Shown here: piece by piece, positions 1-12,470 of the stretch
Numbering within the stretch: the stretch's first letter is position 1
Layout: every line of letters starts with the position of its first letter
DNA from: Glycera tridactyla
Taxonomy: Eukaryota
DNA: 64,000 nucleotides
Reading direction: 5' to 3'
Assembly: GCA_965644265.1 (NCBI GenBank)
Contig: OZ286466.1
Span: 17,546,001-17,610,000 of the forward strand
Translations under genes and position numbers: made by a program
The notes under the pieces: model-generated
The model's input: only the letters and a program-made list of their open reading frames with translations
Told to the model about the DNA's origin: nothing
Database searches by the model: none

Positions 1-940
1 GAAAGACACATTTTTCGATGAAATTTTGGGGATCATCTGAGCATGAAAGGGTCAAGGGGTGGAATAATCAATGACCTTTATAATGTAAGTATTTCAAGTG
101 ATATCCAAAACGAGCTAAACTTTTATTGGTAGATTTTTTTCACCAAACACTGAGTGTTGCTGATAGATGCTTTTAGGGCGTTGCGGACGGACACTTTTTG
201 AGCGTCGCGGACACTTTTTGAAATCTTAATGGAAAAAAAAGTTGCAGAGATATTCATTCATAACTCGCCACCTATCATCATCTCTGCATTTTTCAAGAGG
301 AACTGAAGTCTTGAAAAAAACAATTTGAAATTTCTTCAAGAAAAGTGAACTTTTGAAGGTTGAGTGTTGCGGACGGACATTATTTTTTCAAAAAATTGAA
401 TTTTTTTCAAAGTTTCCTTAAAATCTGGACCAAAACAATAGTTTTCATAAATAACATAGGTGAAGGATGTCTGTCATCAAATTTGAGACTCGTATGATTT
501 TGCAGATCAAAGTTATGGCAATATGAAATTTGTCCGTCCGCAACGCTCAAAAAGGTGACTTTTTACCCCAAAACCGCTATATCTACCAAAGTCTTCAAAT
601 TCTGACCAAAATGAAGTTGTTCCCTGACACTTGAACTTGTTGACAATGATTTGAAATAAAAATTTCAGCTGACTACTAAGTTTGAAAAATGAAAGTGCAT
701 GTCCGGAATACCATGGAATGACCCTAGTAAATGTACTTAGGTATATGCATGCTAAATATCATGAAGCTAGGCCTTCTAGTTGCCGAGCAAAGTGACTTCA
801 ACATGAACTTAACGCTGACCCTAACGCTGATGAGGACGCCGACGCCAACGCCGACGCTGACACTGACGCCGGAGTGACCGCAATACCTCCCCTCAACTTC
901 GTTGAGACGAGGTAAAAATGCAATGATGGTCACAACAAGA
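1..940. repeat. Repeat-derived region with recurring GTTGCGGACGGAC motifs in both orientations, plus a HINE-like (GACGCC)n fragment at about 790-940
   Basis: The motif occurs at about 180, 365 and (inverted) 535. (GACGCC)n-like repeats are followed by a short hairpin. No termini were defined. Confidence 0.4.
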
Positions 941-1359
941 AAGCCCTACATGATCAAGTTTGCCAACAAAACAGATAGTCGGTCTATTGTCAGAGGGTAA
1001 TGCCTCATATACCCAATATAGTATATGTTGCGACAAGATACTGCCATAAATATTACTAAATTGCAGTCTTAGAAAGGAGCTGGTGTGTATATTGTCTAAC
1101 TCAAATGTTCATTATTCCCCAACCCCTTTCCAAAAATGTAAAACAAGGAATGGGAATCATATTCAGCCTGGGAATGTAGAATACAAAATATCTGAAGCTA
1201 CATATAATATATGTAAATCTTTCTTTCTTAAGATTAAATTCACAACAATATTTGGTGAATCTCATAATTACCTGTGATCCACACAATCTGATCTCATGTT
1301 ATATTTGCAGGAAAATCCCAATAGAAGGGGGGAATATTAGAGCTGTTGGTGAAACCTAC

Positions 1360-1498
1360 CTGTGACATGACAAAGAGTAGTTCGCTCAAGAGGAGTCGGA
1401 GTTTACGGGCAGCATCACTTCTCTCAAACTCAAGCGCAACACTCTGATCCAGCTGTGAGATCAGTACTGAATCTTTCTGAGTATTCCCCATCTTTGTC
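1360..1498 (-). CDS. INTS2: Integrator complex subunit 2, coding exon 2 (R-TKMGNTQKDSVLISQLDQSVALEFERSDAARKLRLLLSELLFVMSQ)
   Basis: Acceptor TTTCATAG|G and donor CAG|GTAGGT; phase 2 matches exon 1. Continues the INTS2 motif LxSQL...LEFE.SD..RxLRLxLSELL. The gene runs off the left end of the window. Confidence 0.92.
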
Positions 1499-2797
1499 CT
1501 ATGAAATGAAATGCGAAGGAGAGATATTAGATTCATGGAACAGTATGGATATTCAAACAGCTCGATCCTTCAGCAGCATCAAACCAGGCGACCTTGCATC
1601 AGGGGCAGGGGGGTTTGTCTGGATCTGAAAGCCATGAAACCCTGAATTCACTATATCCTTTCAAAGATAATGAATTCAGTCGATAAACAGCTATGGTGTA
1701 ATTTACTGAGTACAGAACAAATTTTGAGTTGCTCCTCTTGGTTGGATCCATGCTCTGGTATGACTACACTAAGAGCAGCCCTTTTTGCACACGCAGGTGG
1801 ATATGTAGTTGGGGCAGGTGATTTCATCAGTATGCCAGCCCAATGGGCAGGTACCTCACTATACGGGACTCTTAATGACTCTACTGAATTATTCATGAGC
1901 AGCCAGAACGAGACCATCCTGTCCAAACATACCCAAGCGCACACAGAATGACTACCAACTATAGTGACCATGACTAATGTTTGGTGCTTCAAAACATTTT
2001 CCTTTGTTGATGAATATGTCAAATTGGTATCAAATTCATCTTGAATTAGGCATACATCATAAGGTGTGATGTGTGAGGATGAAGTGCATTTTCATGTTCT
2101 AAAAGTTGAACGGAAATAATTTACCTCACCTCCCTACTAACTTCACAATATCTCCTTCAGTCTTCCACCAAATTTGGAAAAAAGGGGAATATGATTCAGA
2201 GCATGCACACAAAACTATCCGTCACCAATGATCCAGGATTAGGTATATATTGTCTGTGGTGGCTGAATCAACAATGTATTACATTGGTTAAAAACTGAAT
2301 CAAATTTGAGGTTGATGAGAGACAAATGTCATGAGTGTGGGATGAGGATGACCAGCTATCAGGCTGAGCCCGCCGCATGTAGGTAGGAGAGAGGATCGTC
2401 ACCGCTCTAGTCTTATGCTAATCTGTGGGATGACCAGTGTAAGGGTGGAAGCAGCGAGGTGTGATAGGCTTGGACACCAGCATCCCTTGTTTCCTCAGCC
2501 CGCTGCTGCTCACCCTGGTGATACCGCACATATCCAGCCCATCTCCTGAGCCTGCTCCACCTTCATTGCAAATATTCACACAGTAAGCCATTATTTTGTA
2601 CTCACAGCCATAGCCAAACTTTATAACCATGTCTCCCATCTACATTCTTGTCCCTATATTCTCAGTTTTATGGAGGTGTAAATGTTTTGCATGGAATATA
2701 AGTCAAAGTGATTTCTGAAGTGATCAGCCTTGGATGAATCACAGTGCAGGGCACAAATCCACTCATTTCCCTCTAAAGATACCAGAAAAAAGATATA

Positions 2798-2975
2798 CAG
2801 TGAAACCTGTCTTGGGAGACCCCTCTTTTGGGAGACCACCCTCTAATGGTAGACCGCTCTTTACTGGCTCTTCTCTATTTGACATAGTCAAATATACCTC
2901 CAATGAGAGACAACCTGTCTTGAGAGACCGCTTTTCTTTGGCATTTGGGGCGGTCTTCCAAGACAGGTTTCACTG
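2798..2975. mobile_element. Tc1/mariner-type MITE (178 bp)
   Basis: TIR CAGTGAAACCTGTCTT...AAGACAGGTTTCACTG flanked by TA on both sides. Related copies or fragments at about 9970-10065, 32848-33100, 40610-40700, 44080-44130 and 46770-46880. Confidence 0.85.
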
Positions 2976-3768
2976 TACTTGCTTTGGGAGTGGAATGCGG
3001 AGCATGTATAAATTTTGAGAGTCCCATATTATTCATCTATGATCAGGGTTTTCCCAGACAGTGATGCCAATAAGATGAGGCTGGATTTTCGGAAATATGA
3101 TCAGAATTTCTTAAATTACCCTCACATAATCTCAAAAGTACATGTATATCTCCTGATACATCGAGCAAGTTTTCAGCAAGTTTTGAATTTTTCACCAAAA
3201 ATTTTTCACCAAAACTTTCAGAATTCGAAAAAAAATTGGAAAATTGACAACACTGCACAGAGAAAAATCACAGCCGACTGCAAATTTTGTATACCAGGTG
3301 GCACCATGTCTTGTCTTGTCTTGGACTCTGCAAACACAGTCACTGGAGGCTAAATGGGCATTTACATTCTCCTAATCAAAGGATGATATTCTTTTCCGTA
3401 CATGACATGTCTAAACACCTTAACAGAGTACAAATCAAATAACATTCAAGCCGACAAAGTTTGCTCACAACTGAGAAGGCGAGGGATACAAATGTAACTG
3501 CATGTCAAGACTTTCAGGCATATACAAATTCAATTACACATTTAGTCATCCAAGCATTTCTCTCCTCCCCCGTGTTAAGGAGTCCTACAAAAACAGGGAG
3601 TGTCGGAAAAGGATGACTGCTACATCTACAACACACACACAAAGGGACACAATTAGTGAGACACACATTAATGGTTAGCTATCTCCTCCCCCCATGGAAA
3701 AGTTTTTCATGGCAGGGAAAAACTGAACAGTCTGGATTGTGTGTTGTATGCGAAGTGGAGCCTGAGCA

Positions 3769-6280
3769 CTAGTCCATGGAGCTGGGTCTGTTCTGTCGAG
3801 CCCTGCGTGGTGCCAGCAGTTCCAGATTCCCGGGCTGGTTGTGGGGGCGCAGGCGCGCCAGGGCGCGTGGGACCTTGCCAGCAGCACGGGAAGTGACTAC
3901 AGCGGGTGGACCAACAGAAGGATGGCTCGGCGAGTCGAAGTCCAGGCGCCGAGGGGTAGCTGGTGGTGACTGTGCGGCATTGTCAGGCACAGGAAACCCG
4001 GGGGTCAGCACAGCGGGCTCTGGTGAACATGGTCCCCGGGGCATGGGGGATCCATCAACGTCGACAGGCCGCTGGGTCATCGCAGGTGGCATGGTCACGG
4101 GTCGGGCATGCGCAAGGGGAATCACAGGAGAATGAAGACCAGCATGCCCACGCGTGGGGTCCGGGGTGCAGCGATCCTGCACACCCTCTGATGATACAAT
4201 GCCATGTGCAGGGGTGGTGTGAAACGGGGTGAAACGACGGAGGTGTTGTCGATTACGCAGGGTGACCCGACCAGAACCGTCCACTCGGACCACATATTGG
4301 TGATGTTGCCGCACTTCAACGACGGTGCCAGTCCGCTCCCATCGAAGAGGATGATTGCCTGTCAAGTTCTGAACATACACGCGGTCTCCGACATGCAATG
4401 CAGGCAACCTGTGGGTATGCTCACTCCAGCGCTCATGTTCTCTGGAATGACGCTTAGCGAGGGCTGCCTCACGGTGCGACATCAGTTCTTTCCATGTTTC
4501 ATGGGGTGAGTAACGACCTAAGGGGATGGGGATGGCATCACGTATGGGTCTACCAAACAGGACCAAGGCAGGTGAAGCCTTGGTCGCAGGGTCCACTGTA
4601 TTCCTGTACATTAGCATGGCTCTCTGGAAGCCGTCAACATCGAGACAACCAGTCGGGCTAACGTTGTCCACTAGCATGCGTTTGACAGTCTTGACAGCCA
4701 GTTCAGCCCGGCAGTTCGCATGCGGGTTGGCTACTGAAGTGATCCGGTGTCTGACACCCCAATCACGTAGGAATGTCTGAGTCTTGCCAGCTGTGAACTG
4801 CGGGCCACCGTCGGAGGTCAATTCCTCTGGTATACCAAATGTCACAAATGTTTCGCGCAGACGCTTCACAAGGCCATCAGCTCCGGATTCCGACCTGTAT
4901 ACGATGGGCCAGTTGGAGTATCTGTCCACCAGCACCAGATAATCCCTGCCATTGTAAGTGAAGTAGTCACTGCAGATCTGCTGGAACGGGTAATCAGGAG
5001 GTACGATATCAGCCGGGGGTTGCATCGGGTTCGATTTGGCCATCTGATGGCAGTGAGCACACCGGTCCCTCACACGAGCAATGTCCACAGTGATGTCAGG
5101 CCAGTACACAGAGTCCATGGCCCTGGCCCGCATAGCGTTGACGCCTTGGTGAGCAGCATGTAATGCATTGAGGATAGAGGGGCGGAGCGCAGGGGGGACC
5201 ACAACACGCTGGCCCATGAGGACTACGCCATCCACAACACAGAGGCTTGCAGCAAAGCGGTGATAAGGGCGCAGGTTGGTAGGCAGCAGCCTGCAGTCAG
5301 CAGGGAATCCATCCTCAAGGTGCCGAACAAGACTGACAAATGTATCATCAGAGGAGGTGGCCTCTCGAACCATGTCCCAAGTGACCACTGTGTGTGCAGC
5401 ATTCAGAGCCGCCGTAGCAGCTGCTACAGTAGAAGAGTCTCCAGCTGTGTCAGTGTCAATCTCATATTGGCTGAGGCCTGCTAGGAAGTCACCCATGAAG
5501 TCAGCCTCATCTAGATCACACGGAAGCTGTAGGCGATCAGCCCGGCCAGAGGGGTGTCGCGAGGCAGCATCAGGTCCCAGGTTCCTTTTGCCAGGCACAT
5601 GCACCAATGTGAATCGATAGGGTAAGGTTTTCTCCTTGAGGTTGAGTAGGCGACGGTTGGTGATTTCTGTCAGTGATCTGTCGTTGAGGATCTGCAGCAA
5701 TGGTTTGTGGTCAGTGGCAACTGTCAGATCTGCACAGCCTAGAACATAGTAGCGCGTCTGGTGAAGAGCGTATGCCACAGCCAGGGCCTCACCTTCGATG
5801 GGCGCATACCGGCTCTCTGCCGGGTGTGTGAAGCGGCTCCCGACCAGGCAGAGTTTCCAGCCATCATGGCAGCAAGTTGGGCCCCTGCCAGGGCACCGGC
5901 AGTACTTCTGTGTCAGGAAGAAGCCTATTCCATCAACGGACCAGTCAGTTGACAAACATGTGGGACGGGAGGGGTCGAACAGTCGCACACCGTCCTGCAT
6001 CTCCCTGATGATGATCTCCTTCGACCGGTTGAACAAGTCGTCTAGTTCATCTGTCCATACAAAAGGAGTCGATGGCTTCAGCAACTGACGGAAAGGCTGC
6101 ATCTGCTTTGTCATGGCGAATGCGTATGCTCCCTGATTGACTAGTCCAAACCAGCCTCTAGCACCAGATATGTCCACCGGGGTGGGGAAGTTGCGAACAG
6201 CATCCAGGAACTTCTGGCAAGGCCTGACATTGGTTGGAGTCACAGTGAGCCCCGCAAAGTCAACTGTGTCCTGCGCGCGT
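3769..6280 (-). mobile_element. 5'-truncated Ty3/Gypsy LTR-retrotransposon pol (RT C-terminus, RNase H, integrase) in INTS2 intron 1
   Basis: The ORF has the RT end (AQDTVDFAG...FPTP), RNase H (TDWS, YAPIEGEALAV, TDHKPL, DAASR), integrase HHCC (HAAH...CAHC), DDE core (SDYF, SDGGPQF, AEL) and a C-terminal LHVGDRV. Domain order RH-INT indicates Gypsy. The N-terminal ~46 codons (6280-6417) are unrelated sequence. PPT-like GGGGGAGGAGA occurs twice downstream (about 3681-3691 and 3562-3572). Confidence 0.92.
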
Positions 6281-6421
6281 GGTGACAGGCGGGCCGACGA
6301 GCGAAGCAAGAAGTTACTTAACTCCCGCAGCTGGCGTGCTGCCTGCACCGGCAATGTTGCATCACTTTTTGCATTAAATCTAGCTCCAAAATCAATGTCT
6401 GACCAAAAACAAGGCATGAAT

Positions 6422-6641
6422 CAGGGCTTGACGTTAGGGTTGCCCTATTGCCCGGGGCAAGTAAAATTTGTGTTTGGGCAAGTGAATTACCATTACTACT
6501 TGCCCAAAGGGCAAGTTCATCTCAGGAATATTTGTATTCATCAAATAAGTAAGGCAAGTACATTTACTATTCGGGCAAGCTTACCTCAATGAGTACTTGC
6601 CCAAAGGGCAAGTGAGCTAAAAACCTCAGCGTCAAGCCCTG
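6422..6641. mobile_element. CAGGG-ended hAT-type MITE with 5-bp TSD
   Basis: TIR CAGGGCTTGACG...CGTCAAGCCCTG. TGAAT is duplicated on both flanks. Internal repeated (TT)GCCC/GGGCAAG motifs. Confidence 0.85.
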
Positions 6642-7225
6642 TGAATGTGTAGAGAAATGGATAATTGAATTGTGATATGGGTTTGATGTGGTTCTGATCG
6701 TTCGTTATTAAGAAATCCACAAGTTTGTGCATGAATGCTGAGAACGTTGAAGCATAACTAGATATCTAGGTATGCTTCAAAGTTCTCACAGATCTGTGAG
6801 ATTATCACCTTATTAGAGTGTTCAAACAAACAAAATTAATTATACAGTTTGATATGCTGATTGTCATATAAGGTGATTTAATGAAGATTTATGGGGCAAA
6901 AGGACACAGCAGCGCGGGTGTTGACATTGCGCCACCGCTGGAGTTAGATAACTTCTCCTCGCCTCCCTCGTCGGCGGGTCTGTCACTACGCGCGTATACA
7001 GCTGCCCCCAGCGACTGTGTCTGCAAACTCCCGTAGGAATATCGCCTCAATGTCGTCAGTTCCGCAATTTGACACCAGGAGGCTATATTTCATTTTGTTC
7101 CAGATTCTGCCACAAAGTGTTAACCACAAAGATGAAGAATTACAATGAGAAATGTACTTGATGCTTACAGAGAGACCAACGTGCCACGTAATAGGGCGAA
7201 GAAGAATACAACAACAACAACAATC

Positions 7226-7243
7226 TGCCACTAGATGGCACTT
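7226..7243 (+). promoter_or_regulatory. CTCF-consensus-like motif near the INTS2 5' end
   Basis: TGCCACTAGATGGCACTT resembles the CCACYAGRKGGC core. This is a motif match only. Confidence 0.4.
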
Positions 7244-7379
7244 CTTGATAACGGATATATTTCAAAGTTTCTTGGTGTCTGAAGAAAAAACACTCAGGTG
7301 TTGTTGTTGTTGTACAACAATCCTCAGATGTGAGCGATAATAGATGCTACTCAAGTTATTGGATCCACTTCAAACTCAC

Positions 7380-7663
7380 CGTAATTGTTGCTCCTTTCGT
7401 GAATCTTGCTCAAGAGCTTGAAAATCGATAGACAGAAGACCTACGAGGCTGTTCACGACATCTATACCAGACAAACATTTCAGGATCGTCTTTCTCATCA
7501 CGGTCCATCTGTCACTTGTGTCAAGTGGAGCACAAAGTGACATCCTCACCAAACACGGCAAAATTGGTCGGATTGCCGCTTCAGAAAGCGACGACAGTGC
7601 GTCAACATCCACATTCTGGATAGCCAGAAATGTGACACACTCTACTGGAGGAGTACAGGGCAT
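7380..7663 (-). CDS. INTS2: Integrator complex subunit 2, coding exon 1 (MPCTPPVECVTFLAIQNVDVDALSSLSEAAIRPILPCLVRMSLCAP...DFQALEQDSRKEQQLR)
   Basis: Translation matches the INTS2 N-terminus as I recall it (LPCLVRMxLCAP, LLSxDFxALEQD, KEQQLR). The exon ends at a CG|GTGAGT donor (phase 2). A CpG-rich upstream region lies at about 7700-7900. Confidence 0.93.
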
Positions 7664-8516
7664 CTTGACGGGTAATGGGAGGTAAATATGCGGAAAAATC
7701 AAGTTTTCATGGCCAAATTCGGCTACCGGCCATTTTGTTTTCAGGTTCTCCGTCGGCCAGTCTTAGGAGTGTTTGGCGGAGCGATCCGTGGGTGTGTCGC
7801 TCGGATGGCGTGCCGCATTCCTAGGAGAGGGACTATCACTCGTTCCATGCTCGCGCACGTGTCTCGTGCGTGACAGGGGCCAATGACGGGGGCTTTCACT
7901 TTGGGAATAAATGACGTGTCATGTTCAGTCCTACGTGAATTATTCTGGCAGAAAACACAATCTCCTCCATTCAGGGAAAAATGATTGGAACATTTAATCT
8001 CATTTAATCACTGAACTTTCCAGAGGGGGCACCAAACATGCCAGAGTGTGGGGGGGGGGGGTGATAAAAAATAAATAAAAGGACATGGTCAGGCTGAAAG
8101 GGGGCAGGGGCCCCATGTGCCATGCCCTGTATCCGTCACTGGTTATATAGTAAGTAGTTCATCGGTTGTTCGCAGAAAACTGCTGCTATTCAGTGTTTCT
8201 GGGAGAGAAAAAAGAACAGCAACAATTCTTCTACGTGCTCAGAATAATGTGGGATTCTCTCCAAAAACACTGTTCCAGTTTTTAATTAGATTGTATGCTA
8301 GTAGTTTGGAAATCTGATGGATTTGAATTGTATCACGTGATGGATTTTAGGGGGTATTCAGCTTAAGCGAATTTTCATGAAGCATTAGTGCTAGGGGGGA
8401 TTTATCATTTCAGCTGCCCAACCGTACTTTGGAACTTGACTGCTGTAATCATTCGCATAGCCTCCTAGCATTGTTTATGACAACCAGTGATAACATGACC
8501 AGTTGTATTAACGATT

Positions 8517-8682
8517 CACCAAAGTATCAACCAGTGCGTATAAAAGAACCACTGCTGTCCTTCGCAAAGAGTGGGGATGTCCCGGCAGTGGTACCTCATT
8601 ACTTCAGCATTTTCGGGTTTTCACTCTGATATAAACCAAGAAGTTTGAAAGGGTGTTAAAATCAACCAAACAAACAAACCAC
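8517..8682 (+). repeat. SINE 3' fragment with (CAAA)n tail
   Basis: Core TAAAAGAACCACTGCTGTCCTTCGCAAAGAGT resembles conserved SINE central domains. Ends GTTAAAATCAACCAAACAAACAAAC. Confidence 0.5.
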
Positions 8683-9849
8683 CTGCCGAATAATACAGTG
8701 ATCATGTGAATGATGTATCCATGGCGATTTTGAGTTCGGGTAGGTCGGTTGATGGTTCTGCTTCAACATCACGTCAGCTCCATTTGTGCTATATTGTGAC
8801 GCCATGGCATGGCTGGGCTCATTCACGACTCCTCCTTCTGGGTCCCAAACAGAAAGTGAAAATCCATGAAATTCACAGACATTGAAGGTGCCATTCCTGG
8901 TTAGGCGAGTTTGAGTAAACTTTTAAACGAAATCGTGCTAATGTTACCGGATGTCCATTGATTTTTGATCATGAGGGACACGAATGATATTTGTTTCCTT
9001 GGCTCGGAAACATTCGTACTGCGCGAAAATAGTGCAGGAAAGCAGCCATTGCTATTCTTATTAGGAAATGGAACATGCGAAACATGGCGTCATGAGTGAT
9101 CATGATTTCCTTGCAGTGATCACATGATTTTCTCAGCGTATGGCAGAACATATTTCTGCAGAAAAAAGCAATGACAAGTTTAATTAGAATTGCAGAACCG
9201 CATCCTTGGACTATGATTGAATTTTTATTTTCTTCTTCAATGTGTTGCCACAGCTACATATATTGCCGGCTTGGATTCAGTCAAAATTGATTGCAAATTA
9301 AACAGGATTTCAAATTTCTATTGGCAGATAAAACACAGTTGCTGGAATAATCATGCAGAACATGCCAGATTATAACATGACTATTTCAAGAGCCCTGTAT
9401 GTGGCGAAACATTCCATGAGTCAGAACATACAAGTCAGGCAAGGCAAGGAGGTTTCTCATCCGACTCTCTGGCATTAGAGGGGAGAATATGGGGTCCACT
9501 CTGATTGGGCTTCATTTAGTTGCTTATATTCTTGCTGGAAGAAAGATATACCAACATCAATATTAGCAATGAAATAACAGAAGTGTTTTCTTGCCATCTG
9601 TTTGATACTAGATGTTCACATCTGAGTAACAATCTCCATACCTTTTATTTTCTATTTTTTGATTGATTGATTTGTACTATCTGGAATTGAGAGGTACGTG
9701 CGATGCTCTTGATTGTCCATGATCGTCACACATTGTCACATAAGTTTGTACTCATGCTATGCTTGTTCGGATAACTGATCCCATGTTTTCAGCACCCAAA
9801 ATATATCTAACCCAGTGGAGGCCATGTGAATCATCCCCAGGTTGCAGAA

Positions 9850-9950
9850 ATGACACATTGAGTGTCTGTGAATTTCATAGATGTTTAGCTTCCTTTGGGG
9901 ACCTAGAAGGAGGAGTTTCGAATGATTCAACCCATGCCCAATGCATGACC
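9850..9950 (+). repeat. Dispersed SINE-like family 2 (AATGACAC(A/C)TTGAGTGTCTGTGAA...)
   Basis: The same sequence recurs at about 52420-52500, 56388-56530 and 57255-57285; a related 3' end (CATGCCCATTGCATGGG...GACGTTAAACCAG + (AACC)n) lies at 53580-53660. Confidence 0.7.
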
Positions 9951-10244
9951 GCCTCAATATACAGTCTAACCTCATCTAAAGACCACCTCTCTATAAAGAC
10001 CACCTCCCCATAAATGCCATTTTTTATGCCACCGAAGGCGGTCTATATAGGGAGGTTCGACTGTAGTCCAAAATATACTCACGAAAGTAAAACAAACAAT
10101 CAGCCAACTTGCCATCAGAATCTCCTATATTTCCGTCTTTCTCTGATACATTTTATATAGCACAGGATGAAAGATCGCAACATCATTTGATGGTGGCATT
10201 TGGAGGATCGTTCGTTTCTGTACATGGTCCCAAGTTTATTTAAC

Positions 10245-10823
10245 CAGGGCGCGAAGAGATCGCCTCCCGAACGTCCCGGGCGTGTCAGAATCGCGGTCGG
10301 GCGGGTACATCTCAAAGTAACACGGCTTTTTCGGACGGGTTCTTTTGGCCATATTTCTGTTAGATCGCATCTAAAAGTCGCGAAAACGAAGTTTATTTGT
10401 CAAATTCGCTGGCGAGTTTTGTCACTTTCGGAAGACCCAGCGCCATCTTTAACGCTGGAGGTGAGAAAGAACCGAAACAGATATCTCTCGCGATCCCTGA
10501 TTGGCCAAATTGCCGAAATCACGGCGAAATCCACCAATCAGCGACCTGATTTCATGGGGCTCTCGTCGCGAGATGTCAACAATGTGCGCAGAAGACAATT
10601 TCTGACCATCTGCGCAGGTTTCGGAACCACGAGGGAGCTGATCTTACGAATGAATTTATCACGTTTCATGTGTTTTCTACGTACATTTTGCGTATACATA
10701 CGAGTATTTCCTCGATCCAGTCGGTAATCGTGTACGGACGGGTTGTTTTTCGTGGTGGGCGGGTGATATTGAATTTCACCCGCCCGTCGGGCGGGTGACA
10801 TTTTCCGATGTCTTCGCGCCCTG
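10245..10823. mobile_element. CAGGG-ended hAT-type MITE (579 bp) with 5-bp TSD
   Basis: Perfect 13-bp TIR CAGGGCGCGAAGA. TTAAC is duplicated at 10240-10244 and 10824-10828. Internal 10488-10660 is homologous to 21281-21450. Confidence 0.85.
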
Positions 10824-11399
10824 TTAACCCACACTATCCTCGCTGTTCACATAATGCATGGTGGGTCGGTTGAACTTGATCGTGTATACAATTTAGTGAT
10901 GCAAGTTCACTAAGATAGGATTTCCTGAAACCTGAACAAATTTCCTAAAACTACCCGACATGCCATGGACAAGCCCGAGAGGGGTGTGGCACATCCAGCC
11001 CATAACTGGCTTGAAGTTTGGTTTGGTTTAGCATGTTCATCCCAGAGGTCCATGCACGCCGTGAGTTCCTGGTCTTTGACAGCTGGATGCTCACTTCACT
11101 TGCAGGCATCACTTTCACAAACCCTGAGCTGGCCCTCAAGCCTAGTCAGACAGAATGCGGCACTTGAAACAAGAAAATGAAGCAGCTTCCAAGGATATTC
11201 AACAACGTTAAGTGTGGATCAAATTCTGCCAAACATTACAGGGAACCTAGGAGATCTTGACTGACAGGGAGGCCCACAGACTCCTGACCGCATATGCCCA
11301 TCTTCCCCAGTGATACGTGTTTGCCCTATGGGATTAGGGGGAAGGTCCTCTTATCTTCTCCGACCAGTCCTCCCATATCTTACTGACCGTATTTTCTCA

Positions 11400-12470
11400 A
11401 CAGTGTATCTCATTGGTAGGTCCATGTAATGAATAGCAGCTCGAACCACTCTGACTGCCAGTCTGTCAAGTGCTAGATTATGCCTCCTCCCCAGGTATAT
11501 AGTTGAATGGCTATAAAATCTACTAGTTTTGAATTGCCGAGCGATGAAAGAATGAGTAGTCCATAACTTATCTTATCTTAGCATATTATGAGCCATTGGG
11601 GTATATGGCTTTATGACATTGATAAGCTTATCTGATCTCAAGATATTTACTTTAGTACACTGACGGCTTGGTTGGTTCCTTCCAAAACAGTCCGACCAAG
11701 GTGGACGAATGGAGGTTTGTGATTCCACACAGAGTATCCGACTGGGCCCATCTGTGAAACAGGCATGCCTCGAATTTTGACTGCATCCATGTTTTTTCTC
11801 ATTCAGATTCTCTCTGGGGGAGCGAGCTTTTTGCCATCCTGCGAATGCATCATTTGACATTAATCTAATGCAGTATTGTGATGCCAATTCCTGTCTTCGG
11901 TAAGCCAGTGGTGGTTCTCTAGCTCCGTCACATGGACTTACTACAGAAGATGTAGAAGAAACAAAGTCGGAAATCTTGATTTGCAATAGGGTCAAGCAAT
12001 TTTGAATTGGATTTTTGAGGTGTAATCCATGTACTATGTTCCCATATCTAGTTTCGATCTGATTAGAAATCTGTATAGCATGAGAAGTGTCTTTGGATCT
12101 GTTCCCCAGTCCATATGGGGTACGAGTGATGGTTTTATTGTAAGAGTGCATACAAACTGTTTTTGTTCTGGGTAATCTAAATCCATTCTCATCTGCCCAT
12201 GATTGAAGTTTGTTGAGGCACAATTGTGATTAATTTTCAATCATCCTTATATTTCGGCCCTTAGAGCAAAAGAGGAAGTCATCCACACAGAGGGAGCACT
12301 GGGTGTTTCTAATGAGGCATTTAACAATGCAATTTATGTTAATGCTGATCACGGTGACTGACAGGACGCTTCCCTGGGGGAAAACCCATGACTTGTTCAG
12401 ATTCGTCCGAGATCCATTATCTCGGATGAAGATTGAAGGAGCGATCCTCCCTCTGAAATCCATATCCTAG
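11400..12470 (-). pseudogene. Decayed non-LTR retrotransposon (I-group-like) reverse transcriptase, with a probable RNase H remnant
   Basis: Fragmented frames: FPQGSVLSVT, CSLCVDDFLF (decayed YxDD), LQSWADENGFR..KTVCMH, LIRSKLD. Multiple frameshifts and stops. Confidence 0.8.

Noticed and set aside
1651-2640. Short ORFs in INTS2 intron 1 (1651-2022, 1670-1951, 2418-2639)
   Set aside because: No recognisable motifs and no convincing splice-phase support.
3290-3690. 3' LTR of the Gypsy element
   Set aside because: There are two PPT-like tracts, but no second LTR copy exists in the window to define the boundaries, so only the PPT candidates are noted.
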